Positions 8,575 to 17,433 of a DNA stretch of 18,290 nucleotides are shown piece after piece. Below the pieces are notes generated by a model. It did no database searches, was not told the DNA's origin, and saw only the letters and a program-made list of their open reading frames with translations. Source of the DNA: a bacterium (GTDB taxonomy: Bacteria > Arandabacterota > Arandabacteria > Arandabacterales > JALGWA01); the NCBI GenBank assembly GCA_050125095.1, contig JASFEA010000064.1, positions 1 to 18,290 on the forward strand, written 5' to 3'. How positions within the stretch are numbered: position 1 is the stretch's first letter; each line of letters opens with the position of its first letter. A program made the translations under genes and the position numbers.

Positions 8575-9711
8575 TTGACCGCGCGCGTGATTCTGATACT
8601 GCTTTTGCTGATGCCGGCGGCCCTGGCCTGGTGCGGCCCAGCGCCGGAGGAACTAGAATCTGTCGATTACGCACCTCTCCCCGAAGGCGACATGAAGATA
8701 TGCACACCCGGAGAGCAGGGACTGGATCCCGGGGTGTTGGCGCGTCTCTATTGTGAGGCAGAGAAGCTGGAGACCCTCTACGGCCTGCTGGTGATGAGAA
8801 ACGGTCATCTCATAGGTGAGAAGTACTTCAACCAGGGGTCCATTGACCAGATATCGGGACGGCAGTCGTCCACCAAGAGCTTCGTGTCGGCGCTCGTAGG
8901 GATCGCGCTGGATCAAGGCTGCATTAAGAGCCTGGACCAGAAGATGATGGACTTTTTCCCCGAGTTCGCGGAAGAGATCATGGATCCGAGGAAGAAGCAG
9001 ATCACCATCGGCCAGCTGCTGGAGATGCGCGGCGGATATCCGGACGAGGAATTCACGCCGCCCCTTTTTGATAATATGTTCTTCCAGGGTAAATGGAGGT
9101 TCGTTCCGCACCTGGTCGATTTCCCGCTTGATAGCGATCCCGGGATGGAGTTCCATTACAGCAACCTGACCTCTCATCTGCTGGGCGTCATAGTTGCCCG
9201 CGCGTGCGATACGGATCTGGTCACATTCTCTCAGGAATACCTCTTCTCGCCTATGAATGCAGAAGTCCGCGGCTGGCAGGTTGATGACGACGGCTACTAC
9301 TGGGGATGTGGAGAGATCTATTTGACCGCCCGGGACATGGCCAAGTTCGGACTGATGTTCCTGGACGGCGGCGTCTTTGACGGCAAGCGCATCATCTCCG
9401 CCGAGTGGGTAGAGGCTTCATTCCAGCGTTACTCGGAGAACATCGCCCGCGGATGGCTATTGCCCCAGTACGGATACTTCCTTGATCTCGGCTACGGCTA
9501 TCAGTGGTGGTCATCCATGTGTGGGGCCCATTATTTCTGGTACGCCTCGGGCCATGGCGGTAACTACATCATATTGCTCCATGATCTAAACATGGTCATT
9601 GTCACCACGGCCGACCCGCTGCATGATAAGTGGGATGAAAATCCATGGAAGTACGAGGGGGCCATCAACAGACTGGTAGCGGAGTTCATAAAGTCCCTGC
9701 CGTCTGAGTGA
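8575..9711 (+). CDS. Serine hydrolase, beta-lactamase/AmpC-NylB-like family, probably exported (start uncertain; frame open from 8344)
   Basis: SxxK (SSTK), LLEMRGG, YxN (YSN), LTARDMAKFG, YGYQWW, GHGG. A hydrophobic leader VILILLLLMPAALA precedes the domain. Confidence 0.85.
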   Translation: MTARVILILLLLMPAALAWCGPAPEELESVDYAPLPEGDMKICTPGEQGLDPGVLARLYCEAEKLETLYGLLVMRNGHLIGEKYFNQGSIDQISGRQSSTKSFVSALVGIALDQGCIKSLDQKMMDFFPEFAEEIMDPRKKQITIGQLLEMRGGYPDEEFTPPLFDNMFFQGKWRFVPHLVDFPLDSDPGMEFHYSNLTSHLLGVIVARACDTDLVTFSQEYLFSPMNAEVRGWQVDDDGYYWGCGEIYLTARDMAKFGLMFLDGGVFDGKRIISAEWVEASFQRYSENIARGWLLPQYGYFLDLGYGYQWWSSMCGAHYFWYASGHGGNYIILLHDLNMVIVTTADPLHDKWDENPWKYEGAINRLVAEFIKSLPSE

Positions 9712-9734
9712 TGCTGAGTCCGGGTGTGGCCGGC

Positions 9735-9791
9735 CTACAACCGGTGGCGGCGGGCGGGGCGATACGCCGGCGCTCGACCGGGACGCTGTGC
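9735..9791 (+). repeat. Degenerate attC-like imperfect palindrome (57 bp)
   Basis: CTACAAC...GCTGTGC ends, with internal pairing ccggt/accgg, cgggcg/cgctcg and ggcg-ata-cgcc. Lies between a stop codon and the next RBS. Confidence 0.3.
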
Positions 9792-9816
9792 CGGGCATGG
9801 AAAGGACCGGTGGACA

Positions 9817-11004
9817 ATGAACCTGCATAAATGGTTCTCGCTCCTCTCAAGGCGACAACATGTCTGGCTTTTCGGGACCGCTGCCGCTGTGTTCATTATC
9901 ATGGCCTCCGGTATGTTTGTAAATCCACCCGGTGCGCCCGAGGTAGAGCACGGTTTCAGCATTGAGATGTCGATCAGTGATGTCGCCTCGAAACTTGAGG
10001 TAACAGGGAAGGCCCTTGCCCGCGAACTCAATCTGCCTCTCAATGTTTCCAAGAAAGCCCCCCTGCGCGAACTCGGCGTCAAAGAAGAAACGCTTCGGCA
10101 CGCAGTCCACCACCTTCTTTCTCACCGCGACACCACGTTGAAATACTATCTGTACGTGGCGCTGGTTCTCTGGGGGCTGGTATTCCTTGTCAGGCTGGGA
10201 CGCCCTGATTTGTCGGGTGTCGATCAAAAGGGCCAATGGTACCCTCGACTCCCCTACCTGATCCCGCTCGCCGTTTCGGCGATTGTTGCCGGATTCGCGT
10301 GGGGCAAGTCGCCCAACCCAATGGAAGGGGCAGTGAAGGTATTCAAGTCGATGGTGGGGCTATATCCTGATCCAATGGCGAAAGTGATCGCCCTGCTGTT
10401 CTTCATTGTACTCGCTATAGTCGGAAACAAACTCATCTGCGGCTGGGCATGCCCCTTTGGAGCTCTACAGGAGTTGATATACAGCATTCCGATCCTCGGA
10501 AGGATCAAACAGCGGAAGGTTCCATTTGTGCTGACAAACACGATCCGCGCCGCCCTGTTTGCGGCTATGTTGCTTTTCCTGTTCGGTATTGCCGGCGGGC
10601 AGAAAGGAATGGTCATCTACCATTACGTGAATCCTTTTAATTTATTCAATCTGGATTTTGAGACGCTCAGCATACTGCTGACCGTCATAATCACTCTATT
10701 GGTATCGTTCGTTCTGTATCGTCCGTTTTGTCAGCTCATTTGCCCCTTCGGATTCCTCTCCTGGATTGCCGAGCGGCTCAGTCTGTTTCGCATTCGAATC
10801 GACAAAGATAAGTGCACCGAATGCGGTGCCTGCATAAAGGCATGCCCCCTGGAGGCCGCGGAAGGCCGGGTTTACAGCAGCAAATTACCGGCTGACTGCT
10901 TCAGTTGTGCTCGTTGCTTAAATGTCTGCCCTGTGGACGCCATTCAATACCGGAGCATCTCCAGGGTTAGCAAGGCGAAACAGGTGAGAGAATCTTCGGG
11001 TTAG
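9817..11004 (+). CDS. Membrane 4Fe-4S binding protein (NapH/MauN/RdxA-like polyferredoxin)
   Basis: Multiple TM helices; two CxxxCPxG motifs (CGWACPFG, CQLICPFG); two CxxCxxCxxxCP motifs (CTECGACIKACP, CFSCARCLNVCP). Confidence 0.9.
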   Translation: MNLHKWFSLLSRRQHVWLFGTAAAVFIIMASGMFVNPPGAPEVEHGFSIEMSISDVASKLEVTGKALARELNLPLNVSKKAPLRELGVKEETLRHAVHHLLSHRDTTLKYYLYVALVLWGLVFLVRLGRPDLSGVDQKGQWYPRLPYLIPLAVSAIVAGFAWGKSPNPMEGAVKVFKSMVGLYPDPMAKVIALLFFIVLAIVGNKLICGWACPFGALQELIYSIPILGRIKQRKVPFVLTNTIRAALFAAMLLFLFGIAGGQKGMVIYHYVNPFNLFNLDFETLSILLTVIITLLVSFVLYRPFCQLICPFGFLSWIAERLSLFRIRIDKDKCTECGACIKACPLEAAEGRVYSSKLPADCFSCARCLNVCPVDAIQYRSISRVSKAKQVRESSG

Positions 11005-11075
11005 ATGCACCTTCAGTAAGGTCATTGACATACTCCGGTCGGCGGGTGGAGACTGCTCATGAGAGGAGCTACAGT

Positions 11076-11840
11076 GTGATAAGAAGCTTGGTGCTATTGT
11101 GTTCATTCCTCATCTGTCTTTTGGCGTGTTCTTCTACGCACGAAGTTGAGCCAACAGGGATAATCGCCAGATCAGGGAGCACACCGACAATTGACGGCGT
11201 ATTCGACCCGGGGGAATGGGACGATGCCGAAATCGTGCGGGCAGATACAGTCGAGCAGTTCAGGGTAAAGCACGACGGCGAGAACCTCTATTTCGCTGTG
11301 CGGGCCGGTGGGGGCAACATCCTGTTCGACACAGATTCGGGTGTGCGCGTCCTGCATTGGTCTGCTCAGCTGGGTTCGGCGGAATATGTGAAGTCCGACA
11401 CATCGACTCAACTGCTCGATAGACCTTTTGCCTATGAACTGTGGGGTCTGCAAAACGAGTCACCTGCCGTCATCCGGGACAGCCTTACGAAATACCTGGC
11501 CGAAAACGGCTGGGCGGGGAATACCGCCTCGATGGGCAACCTGATGGAATCAGAACTCGCGATCTCGCTTGACTGGCTGGGAGTAGACACCGGGTCGGGG
11601 CGGTTTGTAGAGCTCCCAGGCGTGCGTATTGGCGCTGGGCTCATGATTGCCAGGGGCGACCCGAGGGGAAAGGAGCTCCTGGCCATGTCCCGCGAGGAGA
11701 TGAAAGAGATGTATCCATCAGTATTCTGGCCATCTGAGTCTCCGCCAAGCGACTCTATAGGTATGGGTGGCGGCCTCCCGGATACCATTCGCGTGGATAA
11801 AGCGGATTACGGCAAGATCTGGATTGATCTTCGGATGTAA
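11076..11840 (+). CDS. Lipoprotein with CBM9/DOMON-like N-terminal motif
   Basis: GAGGAG RBS before GTG 11076; lipobox LLAC; PTIDGVFDPGEWDDA...KHDGENLYFAV pattern. Confidence 0.65.
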   Translation: MIRSLVLLCSFLICLLACSSTHEVEPTGIIARSGSTPTIDGVFDPGEWDDAEIVRADTVEQFRVKHDGENLYFAVRAGGGNILFDTDSGVRVLHWSAQLGSAEYVKSDTSTQLLDRPFAYELWGLQNESPAVIRDSLTKYLAENGWAGNTASMGNLMESELAISLDWLGVDTGSGRFVELPGVRIGAGLMIARGDPRGKELLAMSREEMKEMYPSVFWPSESPPSDSIGMGGGLPDTIRVDKADYGKIWIDLRM

Positions 11841-11898
11841 TGCGCCAGTCCGGGGCTGCAATTCCCTTTGCGGAGCCGGGGCTGGGAGTTGCTTTTCA

Positions 11899-11997
11899 GC
11901 CCGACAAGCGCTTTCAGCGGGCGGATCCAGTTCTTCACTCTGGGTGTTCAGTGCCCGGAGCCCCTGGTCGGCACGCAGCTGAATCAGAAAGCCGGCC
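11899..11997 (+). repeat. Degenerate attC-like site
   Basis: GCCCGAC (one change from RYYYAAC), then AAGCGCT, then TTCAGC (11913-11918), which pairs with GCTGAA (11978-11983). No intact GTTRRRY follows. Confidence 0.4.
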
Positions 11998-12021
11998 GAA
12001 CCTGGAATGGGGCAGGAGAAT

Positions 12022-12537
12022 ATGATCAATATTCGTGTTCGGGATCGCGTCTTGGCAATTCGCCCCATTGGGAAGGATGATGCGGATGCCGTGCTAAAGG
12101 TGTACCGGCAATGTGAGGATTTCCTGGCATCGGGACCAGTGCCCACCGCGTCGCTTGACATGGTGGCGGCCGACATCGAAAGGTCCCGGAAGTCCGGCGG
12201 CGTGTTCTGTGGCATCTACAGCGCTGATGGAGAGATGATCGGCATTATTGATTATGTCCCCGGCCACTTCGACGGAGATCCTGAGGTAGCGTTCATCGCC
12301 CTCCTGATGATTGCCGCATCGCAGCGAAATAAAGGGATTGGTACGGCCGTTGTCGAGGCCATCGAGCGGAAGATCACGGAGGGGGCTCCGGTCAGCATGA
12401 TCCTCTCTGGAGTGCAGGTCTGCAACCGGCATGCGATACGCTTCTGGCAGACTCAGGGGTATCGTATTGTCGGCGGTCCTGAGGTGCTTCCCGATCACAC
12501 CACAGTCTACAGGCTGCGAAAGGATGTATACCGATGA
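12022..12537 (+). CDS. GNAT family N-acetyltransferase
   Basis: Motif A LMIAASQRNKGIGT and motif B NRHAIRFWQTQGY; AGGAG RBS. Alternative start at 12007. Confidence 0.9.
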   Translation: MINIRVRDRVLAIRPIGKDDADAVLKVYRQCEDFLASGPVPTASLDMVAADIERSRKSGGVFCGIYSADGEMIGIIDYVPGHFDGDPEVAFIALLMIAASQRNKGIGTAVVEAIERKITEGAPVSMILSGVQVCNRHAIRFWQTQGYRIVGGPEVLPDHTTVYRLRKDVYR

Positions 12538-12642
12538 TCCGGGAGGACTCTGGGTTCGTGAAGTGGGTCAGGTGGAGGCCTCGCTGGCCCCTGGCCGTTG
12601 GGCGTATGTGACCTTGCTGTTACTTGTACAAGGAGGTCGAGA

Positions 12643-15135
12643 ATGAAGAGAATAGGCGCAGTATCTGGGGTTCTGGTTGCATTAGCGGTAGTAGCGTTTT
12701 CGATGGCGGCAGGCGCGGGGGCATCCAAAGAGAGAGCTGAGCCCGCAGGCGGGTGGCACTCTCCACCCGAGGATCTGCTGGAGGTGCTCTACGCGCCGCA
12801 GCTCCCCTGGATCTGGACTGCGCCCACCGGCGAATACATGCTGCTTGCCGATCCTGTGCTCTACCCGCCCCTCGCGGAGCTGGCCGCGCCTATGCACAAG
12901 CTGGCCGGCATGCGGGTCAATCCCGCTACCAACGGCTATCATGGCGTGCACGGGGGCACTTCCCCGCGCCTGGTCAGGGTCGAAGGCGGAGCTATTACAC
13001 GGCTCGCTCTGCCGGCGGACGCCGAGGTTCTGGGTGTGGAATGGGCGGCTGATGGCCGGCGCTTGGCGCTCATCGTCATGCACCCCGATCACATCGGCCT
13101 GTGGGTAGGCTCCGTAAAGGGCGACGTGAAGAAGGTATATGACCTCGCGCTTAATCCCCTGATGGGAACCGCCGTGAGCTGGCTGCCCGACCAGGAGCGC
13201 CTGCTGGTCCGCCGCGTCCCGGAGCGTGGCCCGGCTCCCGAGCCCCCGGCCATACCTGCGGGCCCGGAAATACTTGAGGGAGCGGGGGCTACAGCCCGTT
13301 CCACCTACGAGGCGCGCAATTTGCTCGTGACGGCTCATGATGATGAACTGTTTGAATACTACACGGCCTCCGAGCTCGTGATCATTGACCCGGAGACAGG
13401 CGCGGTGAAGGTCTTGGGCGAGCCCGCTACATATGCCACGGCCGAGTTCTCCCCGGACGGCGAATATCTTCTCATCGAGCGTCTTGCCGGTCCTTGGTCC
13501 CATGAGGTGGCCTGGTGGCGCTTCGCAAAAGAGATCGAGGTGTGGGACAATAACGGCGACGTGGTAGCGAGCATCGCTTCCCTGCCCGTCGCCGACCAGG
13601 TTCCCATCCACGGTGTGCCGCTCGGTCCGCGCTCTGTCTCATGGCGTTCTACGGCTCCCCACACTCTCTTCTGGGTCGAGGCGCTGGACGGCGGAGATCC
13701 CGTGGCCGAGGTGCCCCACCGCGACCGCCTTATGCGTCTGGGCGCGCCTTTCACGGGAGAGCCCGGGGAGGTCTTCCTTGCCGAGCACCGCATCCGGTAT
13801 CTGAACGGCTGGACGGCCACTGCCGGCACGCTGATGCTCACCCAGCGCGAGCGGATGCGCCGCTGGCGCTATATCTGGCTGTTGGACGTGGACGAGGGTA
13901 CTTCCCGCCTGTGGTACGATCTGGACGAGGACGACTCTTACGGCCACCCGGGCTATCCCGTGTACCGCATGCTAGCGAATGGGCGCTGGGTGATGCACCA
14001 GCAGGGAGACACGGTCTACTTCTGGGGGCGCGGGGCAACCGACGAGGGAGACCGGCCCTTCCTGGACCTGCGCCATCTTGAGACCGGAGAGACCGAGCGT
14101 CTTTTCCGCTGCGATCCGGAGCGATACGAGCACTTCGTGGCGTTCGCCGGCGATGAGGGCCGCTTCATATTGGGCTCCGAGTCCGCTGTCGACGTGCCCA
14201 ACTACTATCTTGCCACCCTTGAGGGCGAGATAGAGTCGGCCGAGGGCGAGGCGCCCCGGGCCCTGACGCGAATACCTATCACGCACTTCGAGGACCCCAC
14301 GCCCCGGCTGCGCGAAATCGAGAAGCGCATCGTGCGTTATGAGCGCGATGACGGCGTACCCCTGAGCTTCCAGCTGCATCTTCCCCCCGGCTACCGGGAG
14401 GGCACGGCCCTGCCCACGGTGCTCTATGCCTATCCGCTGGAGTATTCCGGTGCAACCACCGCCGGGCAGGTCAGGGGCTCGGCCCAGCGCTTCATGCGTT
14501 TGCACGGCGCTTCACACCTCTACTTCCTGCTCCGGGGCTATGCAGTGCTCGACCGGACCGCCATGCCGATGCTTGGAGATCCTGAGACCACCTACGACAC
14601 CTTCGTGTCCCAGCTGGTGGCCGACGCAGAGGCGGCGGTGAAGAAGGCCGTCGAGATGGGGGTTGCCGATCCCGACAGGATTGGCGTCATCGGCCACAGC
14701 CACGGCGGGCTCATGGTGGCCAACCTCCTGGCGCATACCGACCTGTTTCGGGCCGGCATCGCACGCAGCGGCTCATACAACAAGACCAACCAGCCTTTCG
14801 GCTTCCAGTCCGAGCGCCGTTCCCTTTTCGAGGCGAGGGAGGTCTATATCCAGGTCTCGCCAACCTTCTTCGCCGACCAGGTCAACGAGCCTGTACTGAT
14901 AATCCATGGTAAAGACGACTCCAACCCCGGCACCCTCACGTTCCAGTCCGAGGTCTTCTTCGAGGCCGTGCGCGGTTCGGGCGGCACCGCCCGGCTGGTG
15001 TTGCTGCCCTTCGAGGACCACGGCTACCGGGCCCGCGAGACCATAGAGCACGTGCTCTGGGAACAGCTCCGGTGGTTCGATAAATACGTGAAAAACGCCG
15101 GGACCGAAGAGCCCGGGGACTCGGGCCCGAAATAA
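12643..15135 (+). CDS. S9 prolyl-oligopeptidase family peptidase (glutamyl-endopeptidase-like), exported
   Basis: AAGGAGGT RBS and signal peptide; beta-propeller-like N-region; catalytic triad motifs GHSHG, IHGKDD, EDHGY; GIARSGSYN. Confidence 0.92.
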   Translation: MKRIGAVSGVLVALAVVAFSMAAGAGASKERAEPAGGWHSPPEDLLEVLYAPQLPWIWTAPTGEYMLLADPVLYPPLAELAAPMHKLAGMRVNPATNGYHGVHGGTSPRLVRVEGGAITRLALPADAEVLGVEWAADGRRLALIVMHPDHIGLWVGSVKGDVKKVYDLALNPLMGTAVSWLPDQERLLVRRVPERGPAPEPPAIPAGPEILEGAGATARSTYEARNLLVTAHDDELFEYYTASELVIIDPETGAVKVLGEPATYATAEFSPDGEYLLIERLAGPWSHEVAWWRFAKEIEVWDNNGDVVASIASLPVADQVPIHGVPLGPRSVSWRSTAPHTLFWVEALDGGDPVAEVPHRDRLMRLGAPFTGEPGEVFLAEHRIRYLNGWTATAGTLMLTQRERMRRWRYIWLLDVDEGTSRLWYDLDEDDSYGHPGYPVYRMLANGRWVMHQQGDTVYFWGRGATDEGDRPFLDLRHLETGETERLFRCDPERYEHFVAFAGDEGRFILGSESAVDVPNYYLATLEGEIESAEGEAPRALTRIPITHFEDPTPRLREIEKRIVRYERDDGVPLSFQLHLPPGYREGTALPTVLYAYPLEYSGATTAGQVRGSAQRFMRLHGASHLYFLLRGYAVLDRTAMPMLGDPETTYDTFVSQLVADAEAAVKKAVEMGVADPDRIGVIGHSHGGLMVANLLAHTDLFRAGIARSGSYNKTNQPFGFQSERRSLFEAREVYIQVSPTFFADQVNEPVLIIHGKDDSNPGTLTFQSEVFFEAVRGSGGTARLVLLPFEDHGYRARETIEHVLWEQLRWFDKYVKNAGTEEPGDSGPK

Positions 15136-15198
15136 CGCCAATAGGGGTCTGGGCCTGACGATGGGTCCAGACTGAGAGTATACAGCCCTGGTCTCTTG

Positions 15199-15227
15199 TT
15201 GTATGAAAAGACATAGAGCGTTATAAT
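15199..15227 (+). promoter_or_regulatory. Sigma70-type promoter
   Basis: TTGTAT (15199-15204), 17-nt spacer, TATAAT (15222-15227), upstream of ATG 15281. Confidence 0.55.
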
Positions 15228-15280
15228 CAGCCCAACCTGCACCATTGCACACGCCAGTAAGCGAGAAAAGGGAGCATATT

Positions 15281-16792
15281 ATGAGAAGCGCAATACTGGT
15301 TTGTTGCTTGCTTATTCTGTCAGCCACGAATTCATTTTCGCAGGAGATATTCGGGGCGGTAATGAGTGGCGACCTGGATAAAACAAAAGCGCTACTCGAA
15401 GAGCATCCGGAGTGGCTAAACGCGACTTCCTGGGGCAACTGGACCCCTCTGCATAGGGCCTCACTGGCCGGACATAAGGATATTGTCGCCTTTCTAATTT
15501 CTGAAGGGGCTGCTCTGGAGGCAAAATCAGACCTGGGTATGACTCCGTTATATGTGGCGATATACGAGCAGAGAGAAGACGTAGCCAGGCACTTAATTGA
15601 TAACGGTGCAGATGTCTTTGCCATGAGAGATGATGGTGAGACGATGCTGCACATTGCAGCCGCCGTCGGTAGTAAGTCCATTGTGGAACTGCTGATTGCC
15701 GAAGGACTGGATGCCAACATCAAGAGAAGATACGGCATAACACCGTTGCACCTGGCGTCTGTTTTCGGGCATGAAGACGTGGTGGAAACTCTCATTTCAA
15801 ACGGAGCGGGGATAAATATCAAGAATGATAACGGTAGCACTGCCTATCATCTCGCCGTTTCTTCGGGAGAGACACGCATTTCTGCGTTGTTGAGAGACAA
15901 AGGAGCAGAGGATACGCCAGAAGAGTACGTTGAAATAACCGGTGAGTATCTGGGTCAGAAACATCCGGGTTCAACGCCGGAACCCTTTGCGCCCGGCATA
16001 TTACTGAACGTCCATCGGCCGCATGGAGGTATCACTTTTTCGCCCGACGGAAAAGAGATCTTTTGGACCGCGGCCTTGACCTATGGCACCTATCAGAAGA
16101 TCTATATGATACGTCAGGTAAACGGCCTATGGGGTCCACCTGAAGCAGTTCAATACTCTGGCGACTACACCTATGGCGGTCCCGCGTTCTCACCGGATGG
16201 GCAACGACTATTCGTCAATGTCAGTAGGCCGGCGGTTGATGAGAACCAACCGCGTGACCATGACATACGTTACTTAGAGAGGACTTCGACCGGCTGGGGT
16301 GATTTGATCAATCCTGGGTCTCCGCTTAACTCAGACAAGTCCGAGATCGGGCCCTCGGTCAGCAGCAGTGGGAGCGTTTACTTTCAGAGTCATGACCTCG
16401 AGGAGCGATATGGTGCCATCGACATTTATCGTTCCAAGTTCACTGACGGCGGATATGACAAACCTGAAAATCTCGGCGATTCGATTAACAGCGGTTCAAT
16501 GGATATAGCCCCTTATGTCGCTCCGGATGAAAGTTATTTGTTGTTCTCCTCGTTTCGCCCCGGTGGTTACGGTGATTTCGATATTTACGTGAGTTATAAA
16601 AAGAAAGATGGAGCCTGGACGGAGGCGAAAAACCTGGGGGAGAGGATTAATACGCCTGCCAGAGAATCGACATCTATCGTGTCTCCTGACGGCAAATTCC
16701 TGTTTTTTCTTAGCAGAAGAAACGGAATAGGAGAGTATTTCTGGGTGGACGCGTCGATTATCGAGGACTTGAAACCACAGGAATTGAAGTAG
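15281..16792 (+). CDS. Secreted ankyrin-repeat plus PD40/TolB-like beta-propeller protein
   Basis: Signal peptide and about 5-6 ankyrin repeats. YLGQKHPGSTPEPFAPG linker. PD40-type repeats FSPDGKEIFW, FSPDGQRLF, VAPDESYLLFSS, VSPDGKFLFF. Confidence 0.88.
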   Translation: MRSAILVCCLLILSATNSFSQEIFGAVMSGDLDKTKALLEEHPEWLNATSWGNWTPLHRASLAGHKDIVAFLISEGAALEAKSDLGMTPLYVAIYEQREDVARHLIDNGADVFAMRDDGETMLHIAAAVGSKSIVELLIAEGLDANIKRRYGITPLHLASVFGHEDVVETLISNGAGINIKNDNGSTAYHLAVSSGETRISALLRDKGAEDTPEEYVEITGEYLGQKHPGSTPEPFAPGILLNVHRPHGGITFSPDGKEIFWTAALTYGTYQKIYMIRQVNGLWGPPEAVQYSGDYTYGGPAFSPDGQRLFVNVSRPAVDENQPRDHDIRYLERTSTGWGDLINPGSPLNSDKSEIGPSVSSSGSVYFQSHDLEERYGAIDIYRSKFTDGGYDKPENLGDSINSGSMDIAPYVAPDESYLLFSSFRPGGYGDFDIYVSYKKKDGAWTEAKNLGERINTPARESTSIVSPDGKFLFFLSRRNGIGEYFWVDASIIEDLKPQELK

Positions 16793-16991
16793 TCGTAGAG
16801 GGAGCATGGATCACGTCCATATGTTCAGCGTCCCGCAAGGAGACCTGGGATGAGTGAATTGCCCGAGTTGACATGCCCCATGGTTCTCCGGCAGACAGGA
16901 ACCATAGAGGACTGGGCGTTATGCTGGACTGGCACCCGCGTCACAGGTTGTTAGCAGGACGGGGAGAAGCACTGATTTTGAAGGAACAGAC

Positions 16992-17327
16992 ATGAAGAAC
17001 ATATTCCCGGAGCCAATCAGGAGCCTTCCGGAGGCAGATATACCGATCGACGGTCTTAAGGCCTATCTGTCGCAGGCTGCAGACCATCAACTGGTCTTTA
17101 TGCAATTCGAAAAAGAGGCGGATCTTCCCGAGCATTCTCACGCGGCTCAGGTGGGCTTTATTCTCAGCGGAGTTATTGAACTGACCATCGGCGGTGTCAG
17201 GAGGCGATATGGCAAAGGTGATATCTATTATATCCCGGCTGGTGTGAAACACTCGGGTAGAATCCATGCGGGGTATTCGGATATCACCTTTTTTGGTGAA
17301 TCTGATCGCTATAAGACCAGGAGATAG
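16992..17327 (+). CDS. Cupin domain protein
   Basis: PEHSHAAQVGFILSG and GDIYYIPAGVKH cupin motifs; AAGGAA RBS. Confidence 0.9.
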   Translation: MKNIFPEPIRSLPEADIPIDGLKAYLSQAADHQLVFMQFEKEADLPEHSHAAQVGFILSGVIELTIGGVRRRYGKGDIYYIPAGVKHSGRIHAGYSDITFFGESDRYKTRR

Positions 17328-17367
17328 GAATTTTCCATATCCAGTCTGTTAAGGGAGGTCCGGTCCG

Positions 17368-17398
17368 CTCTAACAGGCGTGTGCAGCCGACGGCCGCC
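17368..17398 (+). repeat. attC-like left half
   Basis: CTCTAAC-AGGCGTG-TGCAGCCGACGGCCGCC resembles the R''/L'' arm of attC sites. No matching right arm follows. Confidence 0.4.
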
Positions 17399-17433
17399 AT
17401 TTCACACGTGTAAACCCCCTGGAGGAGGTACTG

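Noticed and set aside
11025-11030. Perfect TTGACA (also at 1031)
   Set aside because: No -10 hexamer at a suitable spacing.
658-12537. Other TGA stops (660, 2652, 3249, 7583, 9711, 12537) as Sec codons
   Set aside because: They fall at natural C-termini, not at conserved Cys positions, and no convincing in-frame continuation was seen.
12682-13611. 309-aa minus-strand ORF and other nested ORFs in the S9 gene
   Set aside because: Shadow ORFs expected in GC-rich coding DNA.
15147-15172. Hairpin GTCTGGGCC...GGTCCAGAC after the S9 gene
   Set aside because: No U-tract and no second copy seen, so not called a terminator or REP.
14773-15840. 355-aa minus-strand ORF
   Set aside because: Spans two well-supported + strand genes; its repetitive pattern mirrors the ankyrin repeats.
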